Origin: Octopus vulgaris
Taxonomy: Eukaryota
Reading direction: 5' to 3'
DNA length: 64,000 nucleotides
Assembly: GCA_951406725.2 (NCBI GenBank)
Contig: OX597818.1
Location: 27,590,001-27,654,000 of the forward strand
Below the pieces are notes generated by a model. That model had not been told where the DNA came from, searched no databases, and saw only the letters and a program-made list of their open reading frames with translations. Numbering within the stretch: position 1 is the first letter of the stretch; each line of letters opens with the position of its first letter. Below, one piece after another: positions 63,260-64,000 of the stretch. Made by a program: the position numbers and the translations under genes.

Positions 63260-64000
63260 GTAAGTATATAACATTTTTATTTGTTGTTTATTTGAAAAGT
63301 AGAGAGAAAATTTTTATCAAAAGATTAACTTTTACCATTCATCAATTAGTGATTTTACCTTGTAATATACCTACTTTGGCAATTTACAGAAAGGTTGCAG
63401 CTTAGCTGAGGTTAAAATGCATCAGAAATTTTCTTCCATACATGTTGCTGAAAATGATATTAGCTATCAACCAATAATATTTTGTTTCTTAGTGCTTGAC
63501 TAAAAACACTTATGCATTTCAATGTTTTAATAATCAAATATGCTTTCAACTACAAATTCATTTACTTATTATCTTATAATAATTTATTTAACAATTATTT
63601 GTTTATTTAATTATCAACTGGATGGCATTTGGTTTGAATTTAATGAGTCAGTAATTCGTCTACTATGTCTTATATTATATTAGAAAAGCTCTTATTTAGT
63701 TTAAAATTTACTTTAGCTGCTTTTTCAATACAGCTTCTGCTTTAAGAACTTTTCATTGTTTTTTGGTATATATATTAAGACAAGAGTGAGAACTAACAAA
63801 TCTATTTTTTGGAAGTCCTTCCTGGCCAAAATATTGCCCAAGAAGAAGTGGAGAAATTGTCAAGCTACATTCTAACTGGGCCCTGCCTGCAAGGCCATGT
63901 GCTGTTTATCATGATATGAGATCACCGTGTCATGCACATGTGGTTGTGATGCATGAGTATGGTGTACCCTTATCAGATGGGTAGTCACGATAGATATATT

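Overview
Eukaryotic, AT-rich, microsatellite-dense animal DNA; the SINE/LINE repertoire looks like octopus (inferred, not database-checked). The window is mostly intronic sequence of one + strand gene for a type I membrane Ig-superfamily protein. It has four phase 1-1 Ig exons (4310-4588, 7386-7697, 31466-31717 with a GC donor, 33654-33962), a transmembrane exon (36753-36851) and a probable 19-nt cytoplasmic microexon (63241-63259); neither the start nor the end of the gene was found. The introns are filled with transposons. A young Ty3/Gypsy element (22073-25328) has near-identical LTRs and one open Gag-protease-integrase frame from which RT and RNase H are cleanly missing. It is nested in the RT of a decayed CsRn1-like element, which is in turn cut by a Tc1. 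A compact 4.2-kb LTR element (58920-63167) has a divergent RT/RNase H and no tRNA-type PBS. Also present: an intact DD34D mariner inside an RTE LINE, two copies of a BovB-like RTE, R4, hAT, Penelope and Helitron remnants, hammerhead-ribozyme motifs, SINEs and foldback elements.
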